A DNA stretch of 64,000 bases, from contig NC_057712.1 of NCBI RefSeq assembly GCF_004010195.1, forward strand, positions 68,313,872 to 68,377,871, written 5' to 3'. This document shows positions 52,508-64,000 of this stretch, piece after piece. A program made the position numbers and the translations under genes. A model generated the notes under the pieces. It searched no databases. It was not told the origin of the DNA and saw only the letters and a program-made list of their open reading frames with translations. The stretch is from Chiloscyllium plagiosum. Taxonomy: Eukaryota. Position 1 is the first letter of the stretch. Every line of letters starts with the position of its first letter.

Positions 52508-53054
52508 GCAGATGCTCCCAACCAGTCATACACTGTTGTATTAACAACATCACGACCAAGGTGTTTAAGAAGGCTGGAGACTTTGCGTGCTGTCATGCTG
52601 ATCCTGAAAGCCAGGCATATGTATGGCCTTCAGAGCCATTACTTATTTTCCAAAGTGTTGGGGTGTTATCAAATGCCCCTCAGTGGCCATCAAAGCATCA
52701 GTGAACCTGGAACCTTTGTGAACAGAAAGACTTCCGTTCAATAAAAATCCTGGTAGTCTACATTGACCAAAAGTGAACATGTTTTAATATAATGTGCCAA
52801 TTATTTATGGATATTTCAGGTCTGAGAGTCATGATACAGATTATCGGCTAAATTATTAACATTGTCTTATGATTCCAGCTGATGGTAATACTGGACAAAT
52901 CAAATTCCAGAGTGAAACCTAAACCATAATTTTTTTTTATATTGTGGAGGTTTGTCACTGAGCATATTCATGAGAGGCTGCCAACACACTTTAAACAAAA
53001 GTTTAATACACAAACTATATTGCAATATGCAAATTATTAAATACACAAACTATT

Positions 53055-53590
53055 TCAGATTAGATTTCCTACAGTGTGGAAACAGGCCCTTTGGCCCAAC
53101 AAGTCCACACCGACCCTCTGAAGAGTAACCCACACAGACCCATTCCTCTACACATCCCTGAACACGATGGGCAATTAGTTTGGCCAATTCACCTGACCTG
53201 CACATCTTTGGATTGTGGGAAGAAACCGGAGCAAACCCACACAGACACGGAGAATGTGCAAACTCCACACAGACAGTCACCCGAGGTTGGAATCGAACCT
53301 GGATCCCTGGCGCTGTGAAGCAGCCGTGCTAACCACTGAGCTACCATGTTGCCCATTTTTAACAAGTCCACACCAACCCTCCAATAGTAACCCACCCAGA
53401 CCCATTTCCCTTTGAATGACACACCTAACACTATGGGCAATTTAGCATAGCCGATTCACCTTACCTGCACATCTTTGGACTGTGGGAGGAAACCATGCAC
53501 ACACAGGGAGAACACACAAATTGTCGCCCAAGGCTGGAATCGAACCTAGGTCCCTGCACTTTGAGGTAACAGTGCTAACCACTGAGTCAC
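53055..53590 (-). mobile_element. Two tandem HE1-like SINEs (about 53055-53353 and 53360-53590)
   Basis: Two successive SINE bodies and heads on the minus strand. Confidence 0.85.
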
Positions 53591-53625
53591 TGACTTATTG
53601 TCCCAATTGCCATCGGGAACAAGGC

Positions 53626-53698
53626 TGCTTCTGTCTGGTTTTGAACAGGGGACCATTCGCATGTTAGGCAAGTGTGACAACCACTACACTACAGAGAC
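53626..53698 (-). pseudogene. Decayed tRNA-Val(AAC) copy
   Basis: GTCTCTGTAGTGTAGTGGTTGTCACACTTGCCTAACATGCGAATGGTCCCCTGTTCAAAACCAGACAGAAGCA, 73 nt, colinear with vertebrate tRNA-Val-AAC as I recall it, with about 14 substitutions, many at CpG; B box altered (GTTCAAA); no T-run terminator. Confidence 0.85.
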
Positions 53699-53702
53699 AT
53701 AT

Positions 53703-54128
53703 GGCACGTTGGCTCAGTGGTTAGCACTGCTGCCTCACAGCACCAGGGTCCCAGGTTCGATTCCAGCCTCCGGTGACTGTTTGGCGTTTGCATATTCTCC
53801 CTGTGTCTGTATGGGTTTCCTCCCACAGTCCAAAGATGTGCAGATCAGGTGAATTAGCCATGCTAAATTGCCCATAGTGTTAGCTGCACTAGTGAGAGGG
53901 AAATGGGTCTTGGTGGGTTACTCTTCGGAGGTCGGTGTGGACTTAGAGTCATAGAGATGTACAGCATGGAAACAGACCCTTCGGTCCAACCTGTCCATGC
54001 CGACCAGATATCCCAACCCAATCTAATAGCATCTGCCAGCACCTGGCCCATATGCCTCCAAACCCTTCCTATCCATATGCCTTGTTGGGCCAAAGGACCT
54101 GTTTCCACGCTGCAGAAAATCTATTCTA
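53703..54128 (+). mobile_element. HE1-like SINE interrupted by an antisense CR1 3' end (about 53945-54080)
   Basis: The SINE body breaks at GTGTGGACTT and resumes CTTGTTGGGCC after the AGAGTCATAGAG... insert. Confidence 0.85.
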
Positions 54129-54189
54129 TTAAGGTCATATTACAAACATCAGAAAGATTCATCGCTTTTACCTTAGCAATGACCTTACA

Positions 54190-55335
54190 ACATAGAGTCA
54201 GAGTTTTGACAGTTCAGAAAGAGGTCCTTTGGCCTATTGTATCCACACTTGTCATCAAATATCCAACTGTTCTTATCCCATTTCCCAGCATATGACCCAT
54301 AGCTTTGTCTGCTATGGCATTTCCAATGGTCATCTAAGTAATTCTTAAATATTCTGGGGGTTACTGCTTCTATCATTTTTCCAGACAGTGAGTTCCAGAT
54401 ACCCACAGCCCTCTCTGATTTTTCTTTCCTTCTAATCCCCTTTAAACTTCTTGCTTCTCACTTTAGGACTGTGTCTGTTGGTTAGTGACCCCTCTACTAA
54501 CAGGCAAAGTTCGTCTCTATCTATCCTGTCTATTCCCCATAGAAACTTGTACACTTCAATCAAGCCCTCCCTCAGTTTGCAGAAACAAAAACAGAAGTTG
54601 CTGGAAAAGCTCAGCAGGTCGGGCAGCATATGTGGAGAGTTGACGTTTTGGGTCCAGTGACCCTTCCTCAGAACCTCCCTCAGTTTTGTCTGCTCTAAGC
54701 AAAACAACTCCAGCCTAGTTAGTCTCTTAATAACTGAATCGCTCCAGCCCAGCCAGTATCCTGGTGAATTTCCTCTGCATGCTCTCCAGTGCAATCACAT
54801 CACTCCTACAGTGCAGGTGGATCAGAAGTGCAAAAAGTACTCTCGTTGTGGCCCAGTTAATATTATATACAGCTCCAACATAACCTCCTTGTTCTTGCAT
54901 TCAATGCCTTGACCAATAAAAGCAAGTATCCTGTCTGCCTTCCTGACCACTTCTCTACCTGTCCTGCTGCCTTCAAGGATCTATGGGCATGCACACCAAA
55001 GGTCCCTCCGTACTTCCTAGAGCCCTGTCATTCAATGTGTATTGCCTTGCTTTGTTAGTTCTCCCAAAGTCCATCACTTTACACTTTTTCAGCCCATATG
55101 ACCAGCCCATCTATATCATCCTACTGACTAAGGCTTTACCACACTCCTTGTTTTTCACCATAACATCAATTTTCATGAAATTCTCAATGTTTATAGCTCC
55201 GACAATAATGTCTGGAACATTAAAGTGCGAGCAAGGGACCCAACACCGTGGTACATTACTGGACACAGGATTCCAATCAATCTGCAAAATTGCCCGGGGT
55301 GCCATGGGCTCTTAGTTTCTTAACCAATCTGCTAT
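54190..55335 (-). mobile_element. Old CR1 fragment with a nested 95-bp PLE mini-insertion (54579-54673)
   Basis: CR1 RT C-terminus in ORF 54432-54794; the insert is flanked by a 13-bp TSD CCTCCCTCAGTTT (54566-54578, 54674-54686) and carries GTT-CTGAGGA-A-GGGTC-ACTG-GACCC-AAAA-C-GTC-AAC on the minus strand. Confidence 0.8.
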
Positions 55336-55339
55336 GCAA

Positions 55340-58300
55340 GGACATCGGAGTGCATCTGGGAAAATTAACAAACAGTGAAATTCACAACTAATCTTGGAGG
55401 AACTGTTGGGCGAAGTTCACAGCACAGAATCAGATAAGTTATTTGTTGTTTTAAGTCTGTCCAAGAGAGAGGCTACAGTAGTGAGAATAGTGGATTCTTT
55501 CTTGATTATATGTTTTTGGAGATAAGTCTCTTGATTAAACTTAAAATATAAGCCGTAGCTATTAATTTAACCTGGGGCAGTGTTTGTAGAGGAATAAGAC
55601 GGTGTTATTTTCTGGGTCTGTAGATTGTGAAGGAGCAAAAATGGCCTTTGCAGTGAGATGTACTTCTTGTCAGATGTGGGAGTTTAAAGAGACTTTAAGG
55701 GTTACTGCGGATTATATCTGCCATAAATGCTGTTGGATGCGAATCTTATCAGATCGAGTGGATCGGTTGGACAGACAGATAGAAGCGATGAGGAATTTGC
55801 AACAGCAACAGTATGTGATGGATGGCAGTTAGAGGAAGGGGGGAAGTCTCAGATACAGTCACATAGATGGGTTAACTTCAGGAAGGGTAAGAGAGGTAGG
55901 CACCTAGAGGGCAGGAGTCTTTTGTGGATATACCCATTTCAAACAGGTATGCTGTTTTGGAAAATGTAGGGGGTGATGGATTCTCAAGTGAACATAGCAC
56001 GAAAAGCCAAGTTTCTGGTATTGAGACAGGCTCTAATGCAACGAAGGATATGCCGGCTTCCAAGAGATCAATTGTGTTAGGGGATTCTGTAGTCCGAGGT
56101 ACTGACAGACGTTTCTGTGGCTAGCAGAGAAAAAGCAGAACGGTGTGTTGTTTCCCTGGCGCCAGGATCAAGGATGTCTCAGAGAAGGTGCAGAATGTTC
56201 TCACGGGGGAGAGGGGCCAGCAAGAGGTCATTGTCCACGTTGGAACCAATGACATAGGAAGGGAAAAGGTTGAGATTCTGAAGGGAGATTACAGAGAGTT
56301 AGGCAGAAATTTAGAAAGGAGGTCCTCAAGGGTAGTATTATCAGATTACTCCCAGTGCTACGAGCTAGTGAGGGCAGGAATAGGAGGATAGAGCAGATGA
56401 ATGCATGGCTGAGGAACTGGTGTATGGGAGAAGGATTCACATTTTTGGACCACTGGAATCTCTTTTGGGGTAGAAGTGACCTGTACAAGAAAGAGGGATT
56501 GCACCTAAATTGGAAGGGGACTAATATACTGGCAGGGAAATTTGCTAGAAATGCTTGGGAGGATTTAAACTAGTAAGGTGGGGGAGTGGGACCCAGGGAG
56601 ATAGTGAGGAAAGAGATCGATCTGAGACGGGTACAGCTGAGAACAGAAGTGAGTCAAACAGTCAGGGCAGGCAGGGACAAGGTAGGACTAATAAATTATT
56701 TCAATGCAAGGGGCCTAACAGGTAAGGCAGATGAACTCAGGGCATGGTTAGGAACATGGGACTGGGATATCATAGCAATTACAGAAACATGGCTCAGGGA
56801 TGGGCAGGACTGGAAGCTTAATGTTCCAGGATACAAATGTTACAGGAAGGATAGAAAGGGAGGCAAGAGAGGAGGGGCAGTGGTATTTTTGATAAGGGGT
56901 AGCATTACAGCTGTGCTGAGGGAGGATATTCCTGGAGAAACATCCAGGGAAGTTATTTGGGGGGAGCTGAGGAATAAGAAAGGGATGATCACCTTATTGG
57001 GATTGTATTATAGACCCCCCAATAGTCAGAGGGAAATTGAGAAACAATCTTGTAAGGAGATCTCAGCTATCTGTAAGAATAATAGGGTAGTTATGGTAGG
57101 GGATTTTAACTTTCCAAACATAGACTGGGACTGCCATAGTGTTAAGGGTTTAGATGAAGAGGAATTTCTTAAGTGTGTACAAGACAATTTTCTGATTCAG
57201 TATGTGAATGTACTACTAGAGAAGGTGCAAAACTCTGGGAAATAAGGCTGGGCAGGTGACTGAGGTGTCAGTGGGGAGTACTTTGGGGCCAGCGACCATA
57301 ATTATATTCGTTTTAAAATAGTGATGGAAAAGGATAGACCACATCTAAACGTTGAAGTTCTAAACTGGAGAAACGCCAATTTTGACGGTATTAGGCAAGA
57401 ATTTTCGAAAGCTGATTGGAGGCAGATGTTCACAGGTAAAATAGTGATGGAAAAGGATAGACCACATCTAAACGTTGAAGTTCTGAACTGGAGAAAGGCC
57501 AATTTTGACGGTATTAGGCAAGAATTTTCGAAAGCTGATTGGAGGCAGATGTTCACAGGTAAAGGGACGGCTGGAAAATGGGAACCCTTCAGAAATGAGA
57601 TAACAAGAATCCTGAGAAAATATATTCCTGTCAGGGTGAAAGGGAAGGCTGGTAGGTATAGGGAATGCTGGATGACTAAAGAAATTGAGGGTTTAGTTAA
57701 GAAAAAGAAGGAAGCATATGTCATGTTTAGACAGGATAGATCGAGTGAATCCTTAGAAGAGTATAAAGAAAGAGGAGTATACTTAAGAGGGAAATCAGGA
57801 GGGCAAAATGGGGACATGAGATAGCTTTGGCAAATAGAATTAAGGAGAATCCAAAGGGTTTTTACAAATATGTCAAGGACAAAAGGGTAACTAGGGAGAG
57901 AATAGGGCCCCTCAAAGATCAGCAAGGCGGTCTTTGTGTGGAGCCACAGAAATTGGGGAGATACTAAATGAATATTTTGCATCAGTATTTACTGTGGAAA
58001 AGGATATGGAAGATATAAACTGTAGGGAAATAGATGGTGAAATCTTGCAAAATATCCAGATTACAGAGGAGGAAGTGCTGGATGTCTTGAAACGGTTAAA
58101 AGTGGATAAATCCCCTTCCTGATCAGGTGTCCCCGAGAACTCTGTGGGAAACTAGAGAAGTGATTGCTGGGCCTCTTGCTGAGATATTTGTATCATCGAT
58201 AGTCACGGTTGAGGTGCCGGAAGACTGGAGGTTGGCAAATGTGGTGCCACTGTTTAAGAAGGGTGGTAAAGAGAAGCCAGGGAACTATAGGCCGGTGAGC

Positions 58301-59390
58301 CTGACCTCGGCGGTGGGCAAGTTGTTGGAGGGAATCCTGAGGGACAGGATGTACATGTATTTGGAAAGGCAAGGACTGATTCAGGATAGTCAACATGCCT
58401 TTGTGCATGGGAAATCATGTCTCACAAACTTGATTGAGTTTTNNNNNNNNNNNNNNNNNNNNNNNNNNNNNNNNNNNNNNNNNNNNNNNNNNNNNNNNNN
58501 NNNNNNNNNNNNNNNNNNNNNNNNNNNNNNNNNNNNNNNNNNNNNNNNNNNNNNNNNNNNNNNNNNNNNNNNNNNNNNNNNNNNNNNNNNNNNNNNNNNN
58601 NNNNNNNNNNNNNNNNNNNNNNNNNNNNNNNNNNNNNNNNNNNNNNNNNNNNNNNNNNNNNNNNNNNNNNNNNNNNNNNNNNNNNNNNNNNNNNNNNNNN
58701 NNNNNNNNNNNNNNNNNNNNNNNNNNNNNNNNNNNNNNNNNNNNNNNNNNNNNNNNNNNNNNNNNNNNNNNNNNNNNNNNNNNNNNNNNNNNNNNNNNNN
58801 NNNNNNNNNNNNNNNNNNNNNNNNNNNNNNNNNNNNNNNNNNNNNNNNNNNNNNNNNNNNNNNNNNNNNNNNNNNNNNNNNNNNNNNNNNNNNNNNNNNN
58901 NNNNNNNNNNNNNNNNNNNNNNNNNNNNNNNNNNNNNNNNNNNNNNNNNNNNNNNNNNNNNNNNNNNNNNNNNNNNNNNNTTCCCTGGCGTGTCGGAGGC
59001 TGAGGGGTGACCTTATAGAGGTTTACAAAATTATGAGGGGCATGGATAGGATAAATAGGCAAAGTCTTTTCCCTGGGATCGGGGAGTCCAGAACTAGAGG
59101 GCATAGGTTTAGGGTGAGAGGGGAAAGATATAAAAGAGACCTAAGGGGCAATTTTTTCACGCAGAGGATGGTACGTGTATGGAATGAGCTGCCAGAGAAT
59201 GTGGTGAAGGTTGGTACAATTGTAACATTTAAGAGGCATTTGGATGGGTATATGAATAGGAAGGGTTTGGAGGGATATAGGCCGGGTGCTAGCAGGTGGG
59301 ACTAGATTGGGTTGGGATATCTGGTCGGCATGGACGGGTTGGACCGAAGGGTCTGTATCCGTGCTGTATATCTCTATGAATCTATGACTC
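55340..59390 (+). mobile_element. Near full-length CR1 LINE: ORF1 (Zn finger plus SGNH/GDSL esterase), ORF2 (APE endonuclease plus RT), 3' tail; spans an assembly gap
   Basis: ORF1 from about 55641: CTSCQMW...CHKC, GDSVVRG, VHVGTND, GLHLNWKG; ORF2: YFNARGL, IAITETW, YYRPP, GDFN, NYRPVSLTS; ends TCTATGAATCTATGACTC; multiple stops and frameshifts. Confidence 0.95.
58443..58980. other. Assembly gap (N run)
   Basis: Run of N inside the CR1 RT region. Confidence 0.99.
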
Positions 59391-60519
59391 AATGCCTTAC
59401 TGAAATCTGTATAGACTACATCAACTGCACTATACTCATTTGCATAACGAGTGACCTCCTTGAAAATTCAAACATATTTATTTTACATGATCTCCCCCTT
59501 ATAAAGCCATTCAAACCTCAGTGAAGAATCACTCTTACATCCATAGTGGTGCCTCTTACTTCACTGGCATGGGCTTTGACCATGTTCCTTTTGACAAACT
59601 CCTGCTATCCATTCACTTCTTTTAAATTGATGTCTATCCTCGAGAACCATCCATCAAACTGCTAACACAGCTCACTTGTTGCGTAAAATATGCATTCAAG
59701 CTCATATCTTTGTGTCCTCCTTTCAGACACTTCCACTACTTCTGGAGACTTCCTCTCAGGAACTCAAGGCACCTCCCCAGCCCTGTCTGTTTGACTAGCC
59801 TCTATGGTTACAGATTTCTTCCCTCTGAATGAAACTGCTTTACCCGCTGCCTCTTCCTGGGTTGAAATTTCCTCCCTAATAGCTTTGTGGGTCAACTCAC
59901 AGCAGATAGACTGGAGCAGTTCAAGAAAGCAGCTCACCACCACCTTCTCAAGGGCAACTAGGGATGGGCAATAAATGCTGCCCAGCCAGTGATGCCCACA
60001 TCCCACAAACGAATAGAAAAATCCCTCAAGTCAGCAACAGCTTACCTGGTGTCTTGCTAATCATTTAGCTAAAATCAAATGACTTCCAGAAAATCCTGTT
60101 CTTAATGTACTATTCAAAATGACTTTGTGATCTTTAACCTGAAAAAACAAGCCAGGGACCTTCACAGAACTAAAAGCAGGAATCCATTTTTCCCCAATTT
60201 TAGAACCTAACTGGTCAAATAATAATATATTCAACATAATACTGAATAAGTTAATACTCTGGTATTATAAAGTTCAAAAACACTTAGTAACAACAAAAAC
60301 AACTTATATTTACACAGCACCTTTAATATAAGGAAATGCCCCAAGTCATTTTATATTAGCAATGTAAAAGAAAGAATAGTACTGAGCCACATAAGGAAAT
60401 ATCATGTCAGGTGTCCAAAATATTGGTCAAAGGCATAGGTTTTAAGGCAAAGAGAGGGTAAGCGAGTCAAACTGCAGTGGTACCCTGCTCCTAGTAAAAT
60501 TCTTAGAACACAGCTTTAT

Positions 60520-62260
60520 TATAACCCACATCTAATTCCGTCAAAGACAAACTGGATGGACCACAGCCTAATTGGCTGTGTCAACAACATCAATGTTGCC
60601 TCTAGCAGTGACGTAACATAAATAATGCCACAGGAAAATCAATGTTGAGCTCTTTCAGCCAGTACGTCTCTGCCGACCCAATGTCTCCCCATGACACAAG
60701 TGTCCACAAGGCTGGGTCTGCCCTCAGGACCTCCCTGATCAGCACCTGCCAAGAGATGCTCAGTCATTTGAGCAGGAAGCACTACTTTGATGAGAATGAC
60801 CAGGAGCTGATAACCCACAACCACGAGACATTTCTGAACCTGAAACAGCAAGGCAAATTGAAAACTAGAAATCAGCTCCACAGGCAGCTGAAGGCTGAGG
60901 TCCACTGATAGAACAGATAGTGGGTGGACAAAGCACGGCTGATCTAGCAGTTAGCCGTGATGTACATAATTTCTTTAGCACAGTCAAAATTATTGATGGT
61001 CCACGGACATAAGGCCCTATTCCACTGCTGGCCAAGGTGGGAGATGCTCATCGAGGAGAGAGAGGCAGATGGCACCTGCTGGAAGGAACACTAAAATTCG
61101 TCTGAACAGAGATCCTGTCTTCAACACGAATGTCCTCAACTCCATCCCACAGCTTGCTTCCTGCTGCCAACTTAGTACAACCCTAACACAGCATATGTTG
61201 GAAAAGGCCATTTGACAACTAAAGAAGAACAAAGCATCAAGAGCAGATGGGATCTCACCAAAGCAAAAAAACATAAGGTGGAAAAGCTCTATTAGCTCAA
61301 ATACATGATCTCAGTTCCATTATCTGGAAGAGGAGGAGAGCTTTCCAGATCTCAACGAGGCTGTAATTCTGACCATCTTTAAGAAAGATGACAGGTCCAA
61401 CTGTAGTAATTACAGAGGAATTTCCCTACCATCACCCACAGGGAAAATTTTAGTAAAATTCCTCCACAATCATCTTGCTGGAGCTGAAGAGCATCTACCA
61501 GAGACACAGTCTGGATTCTTCCCTCCAAGGGCATAATCTGCATGGCAGAACGACTACAGGTATAGATCAGCACCAATCCTTGTGCATCACTTTGTCCTTA
61601 CAAAGGCCTTCAACACTATGGAGCATCCTTCTTCACTTCAGCTGACCTGAAAAGTTTGTCATCATCTTCCTCTACAATAACATGTAAGACGTGATCCTAA
61701 GCAATGTAATTCACAGTAGCCAGTCTGTGCCATCACACTAACAATGCTTCTCAATGTAGCTTACTGTAATGATCCACCTCAATCTGAGCAAGCTTCTCAA
61801 CTAGAGTGGACCTAGTGTACAAAACAAATAGGAAGCTGTTCAAACTTTACTATTTAGAGGCCTGTTCGAGGATTGTCTCATCTTTTGTCATTGGGGGACA
61901 GAGTGCAGATGATACTTGAGTCTACAATCACTGGGAGACCAAATCCTGTGTCATTGCCAACCCCTACACTGCACACCAAACATTCGTAAGGCAAAGTCCT
62001 TTAATAACCTGCTTCTGCTATACCGCAGTACACCCTTTCCCCCAACACAGTTATCAAAATCCAAATACTGATAATGAGACCTTGGACAATGTAGATAACT
62101 TGGGTAGACATCAATAAAGTTCACAACTGCCATTAGTTTGTCACTGCAACATTTGGCCAGCTGAAGAAGAGAGTGGTTGAAGACTAGGACTTCAAACCTG
62201 ACACCAAGCTCATGGTCAACAGAGCAGTTAGCTGTGATACCCATCCTCCTAAATGGCTCC
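60520..62260 (+). mobile_element. Ancient RTE-like LINE ORF2 remnant
   Basis: Decayed motifs KNKASRADGI (about 61222-61255) and D-RSNCSNYRGISL (about 61385-61428); heavily mutated. Confidence 0.6.
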
Positions 62261-63536
62261 ATTTCACATGCTACATCCATGCCAGCAAGTACACTCATCC
62301 ACACCCAATCCTGCCATAACCTCCATGCCTATCCCTGCACCTCTCCCTATCCCCAAGGCCCCTCATACCTTCCACATCAATCTATAATACCTTTATACTC
62401 ATCACTTCTTATAACCCCTCAGCTAACTTAGTGTCAACTCAAGCCAACACATCCTCCCCACCCACCATACCTTGGATCGATATCCTCCACACCAATTCAC
62501 CCATTATCCAACAGAGGGTAGACAGATATAGATCTTAGAGCAGATGGGATTAGGTTAGAATGGCATCATGGTCAGTGCAGACATAGTGGCCCGAAGGGCC
62601 TGTTTCTATGCTGTACTATTCTGTGTTCTATGAGCAGAGTTCAGGAACCATGCTGAGATGAAGTTCTAAATACCTTCTACAGACCTTATTGTATGAATAA
62701 GTGACAAAAGCCTCTTCAACATATTGTTATCCCCTCCAGTAACTAATACCTTATAAAAGCAAACATTTGTAGTCATTAACATCAAAGATTACTAATCTCT
62801 CAATTCCTTCTTTGGACCATTAAGTAAACTGTAAATTTTACAGCTGCACCAAAAGCCTGTGATAATGTGATTGTGGAAGCAGTCAGGTAGTAATAATCCT
62901 TTAATAATAATGATTAGGGTTATATCAACAAACAGCTTTCTTTTAATGATTTATTCATAGAATGTCAGCGTTACAGGCAATAAATTGAAGAAACATTGAT
63001 ATAGTTCCAAGTCAGCATGGTGTGTGCGTTGAAAGAGAACTTGCTTGTGGTGCTGTTCTTACTGAAACTGGAAGCATCAATTTCTTTAAACTCAAGGCCC
63101 AGGAACCTATATTTCCAGTCATAAAGATGGGGGATTTAAATAACTTATCAGCTTGACAGTTTCATAGATAACCCGCCTTTTATTTCATCTCTTTAAAAAT
63201 GTAAGTCACATCCTGTGGGAAATGGACATTACTCCAATGAATTTCAGATCTGTTTAAGTCAGTACTGAGTTCAAATGGCTGTGCTGTTCCCCACGTGTCA
63301 TGTACTCCCCTGTTCCCTTCCAGCAAAGTCAGGATCTTTTGGAAATAGAGGAGTGTCTTTCAGATGCAAGGTCCTAACACAGGAACTCCAAACTTGACGA
63401 AAAATCCAAGTATGTACCTATGATTACTTAGTTAAGAATGCAACCAAATGAAAGTAATACCATAGAGTTCCAGCACAAATGGAAGTAGACTTGGAGGTAA
63501 CAACACATTCCATCTCTTTGGAGAGCAAACGGAGAT

Positions 63537-63570
63537 TGGATGAACGGATGGATGGATGGATGGATGGACG
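63537..63570. repeat. (GGAT)n microsatellite, imperfect
   Basis: ggatgaacggatggatggatggatggatggacg. Confidence 0.8.
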
Positions 63571-64000
63571 ATAAAGTAAAAGAGTAAATATTCAGCAATT
63601 AATTCAATATTAAAAATGTTTTATTTCACCTCATTGGCACATTGGAATAACTAATAAGGCTAAAATGATCAAATTGTGCTGTACATTAGCTTTGTGATGG
63701 AAGTCTTCATTTGTATGTATTATGAGGATAATTGGTGATCTTTCAGTTACATTAAAGTTGCCATTTCTTTGAGTGCCAAATATTATGAAGTAGTTTTAAG
63801 AAAAAGTACACGTGTCCTTTGGGAGTGAATTGACTCAAACAAATTTGCCTAATTGTGGTAAAGTGAATTCAAATCAACAATGTTTTTGTCAGGAAGGCAG
63901 ACTGCGGACTAGATTTCCCAGAGTTTCAGTCAAGTTATAGTTTAGAAGGAATATCAAGATTATAAAACCTTGACTAGAAGAGTGATCTTCGGCCTAGGCT

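Noticed and set aside
58127-59305. Long ORFs containing X runs
   Set aside because: Artefacts of translating through the N gap.
62640-64000. Possible NCOA7 terminal exon or 3' UTR expected from synteny
   Set aside because: I could not recognise any TLDc-domain coding sequence or splice pattern, so it is unsupported within this window.

Overview
Eukaryotic genomic DNA, repeat-rich, most likely from a shark (inferred from HE1-type tRNA-derived SINEs and CR1/HER1-type LINE 3' ends with a GACTCTAT tail). Two spliced genes lie on the minus strand: complete HINT3 (5 coding exons, 48330-39509, 174 aa) and the first 7 coding exons of TRMT11 (24989-2133, continuing off the left edge). Between them, on the plus strand, is an intact single-ORF ABRA/STARS-like gene (30143-30598) that I infer is a whole-genome-duplication paralogue of ABRA. 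The window also holds a processed UBE2I pseudogene, a decayed tRNA-Val(AAC), a 34-bp CCAAT-box minisatellite abutting the HINT3 start codon, a probable solo LTR, a chimeric L1, a near full-length CR1 (with an N gap), many SINEs and LINE fragments, and several Penelope-like element (PLE) families. The PLE ends carry minimal hammerhead ribozyme motifs and recur as short, often fold-back insertions whose junctions sit at the ribozyme. All calls are by eye; no database searches were run.
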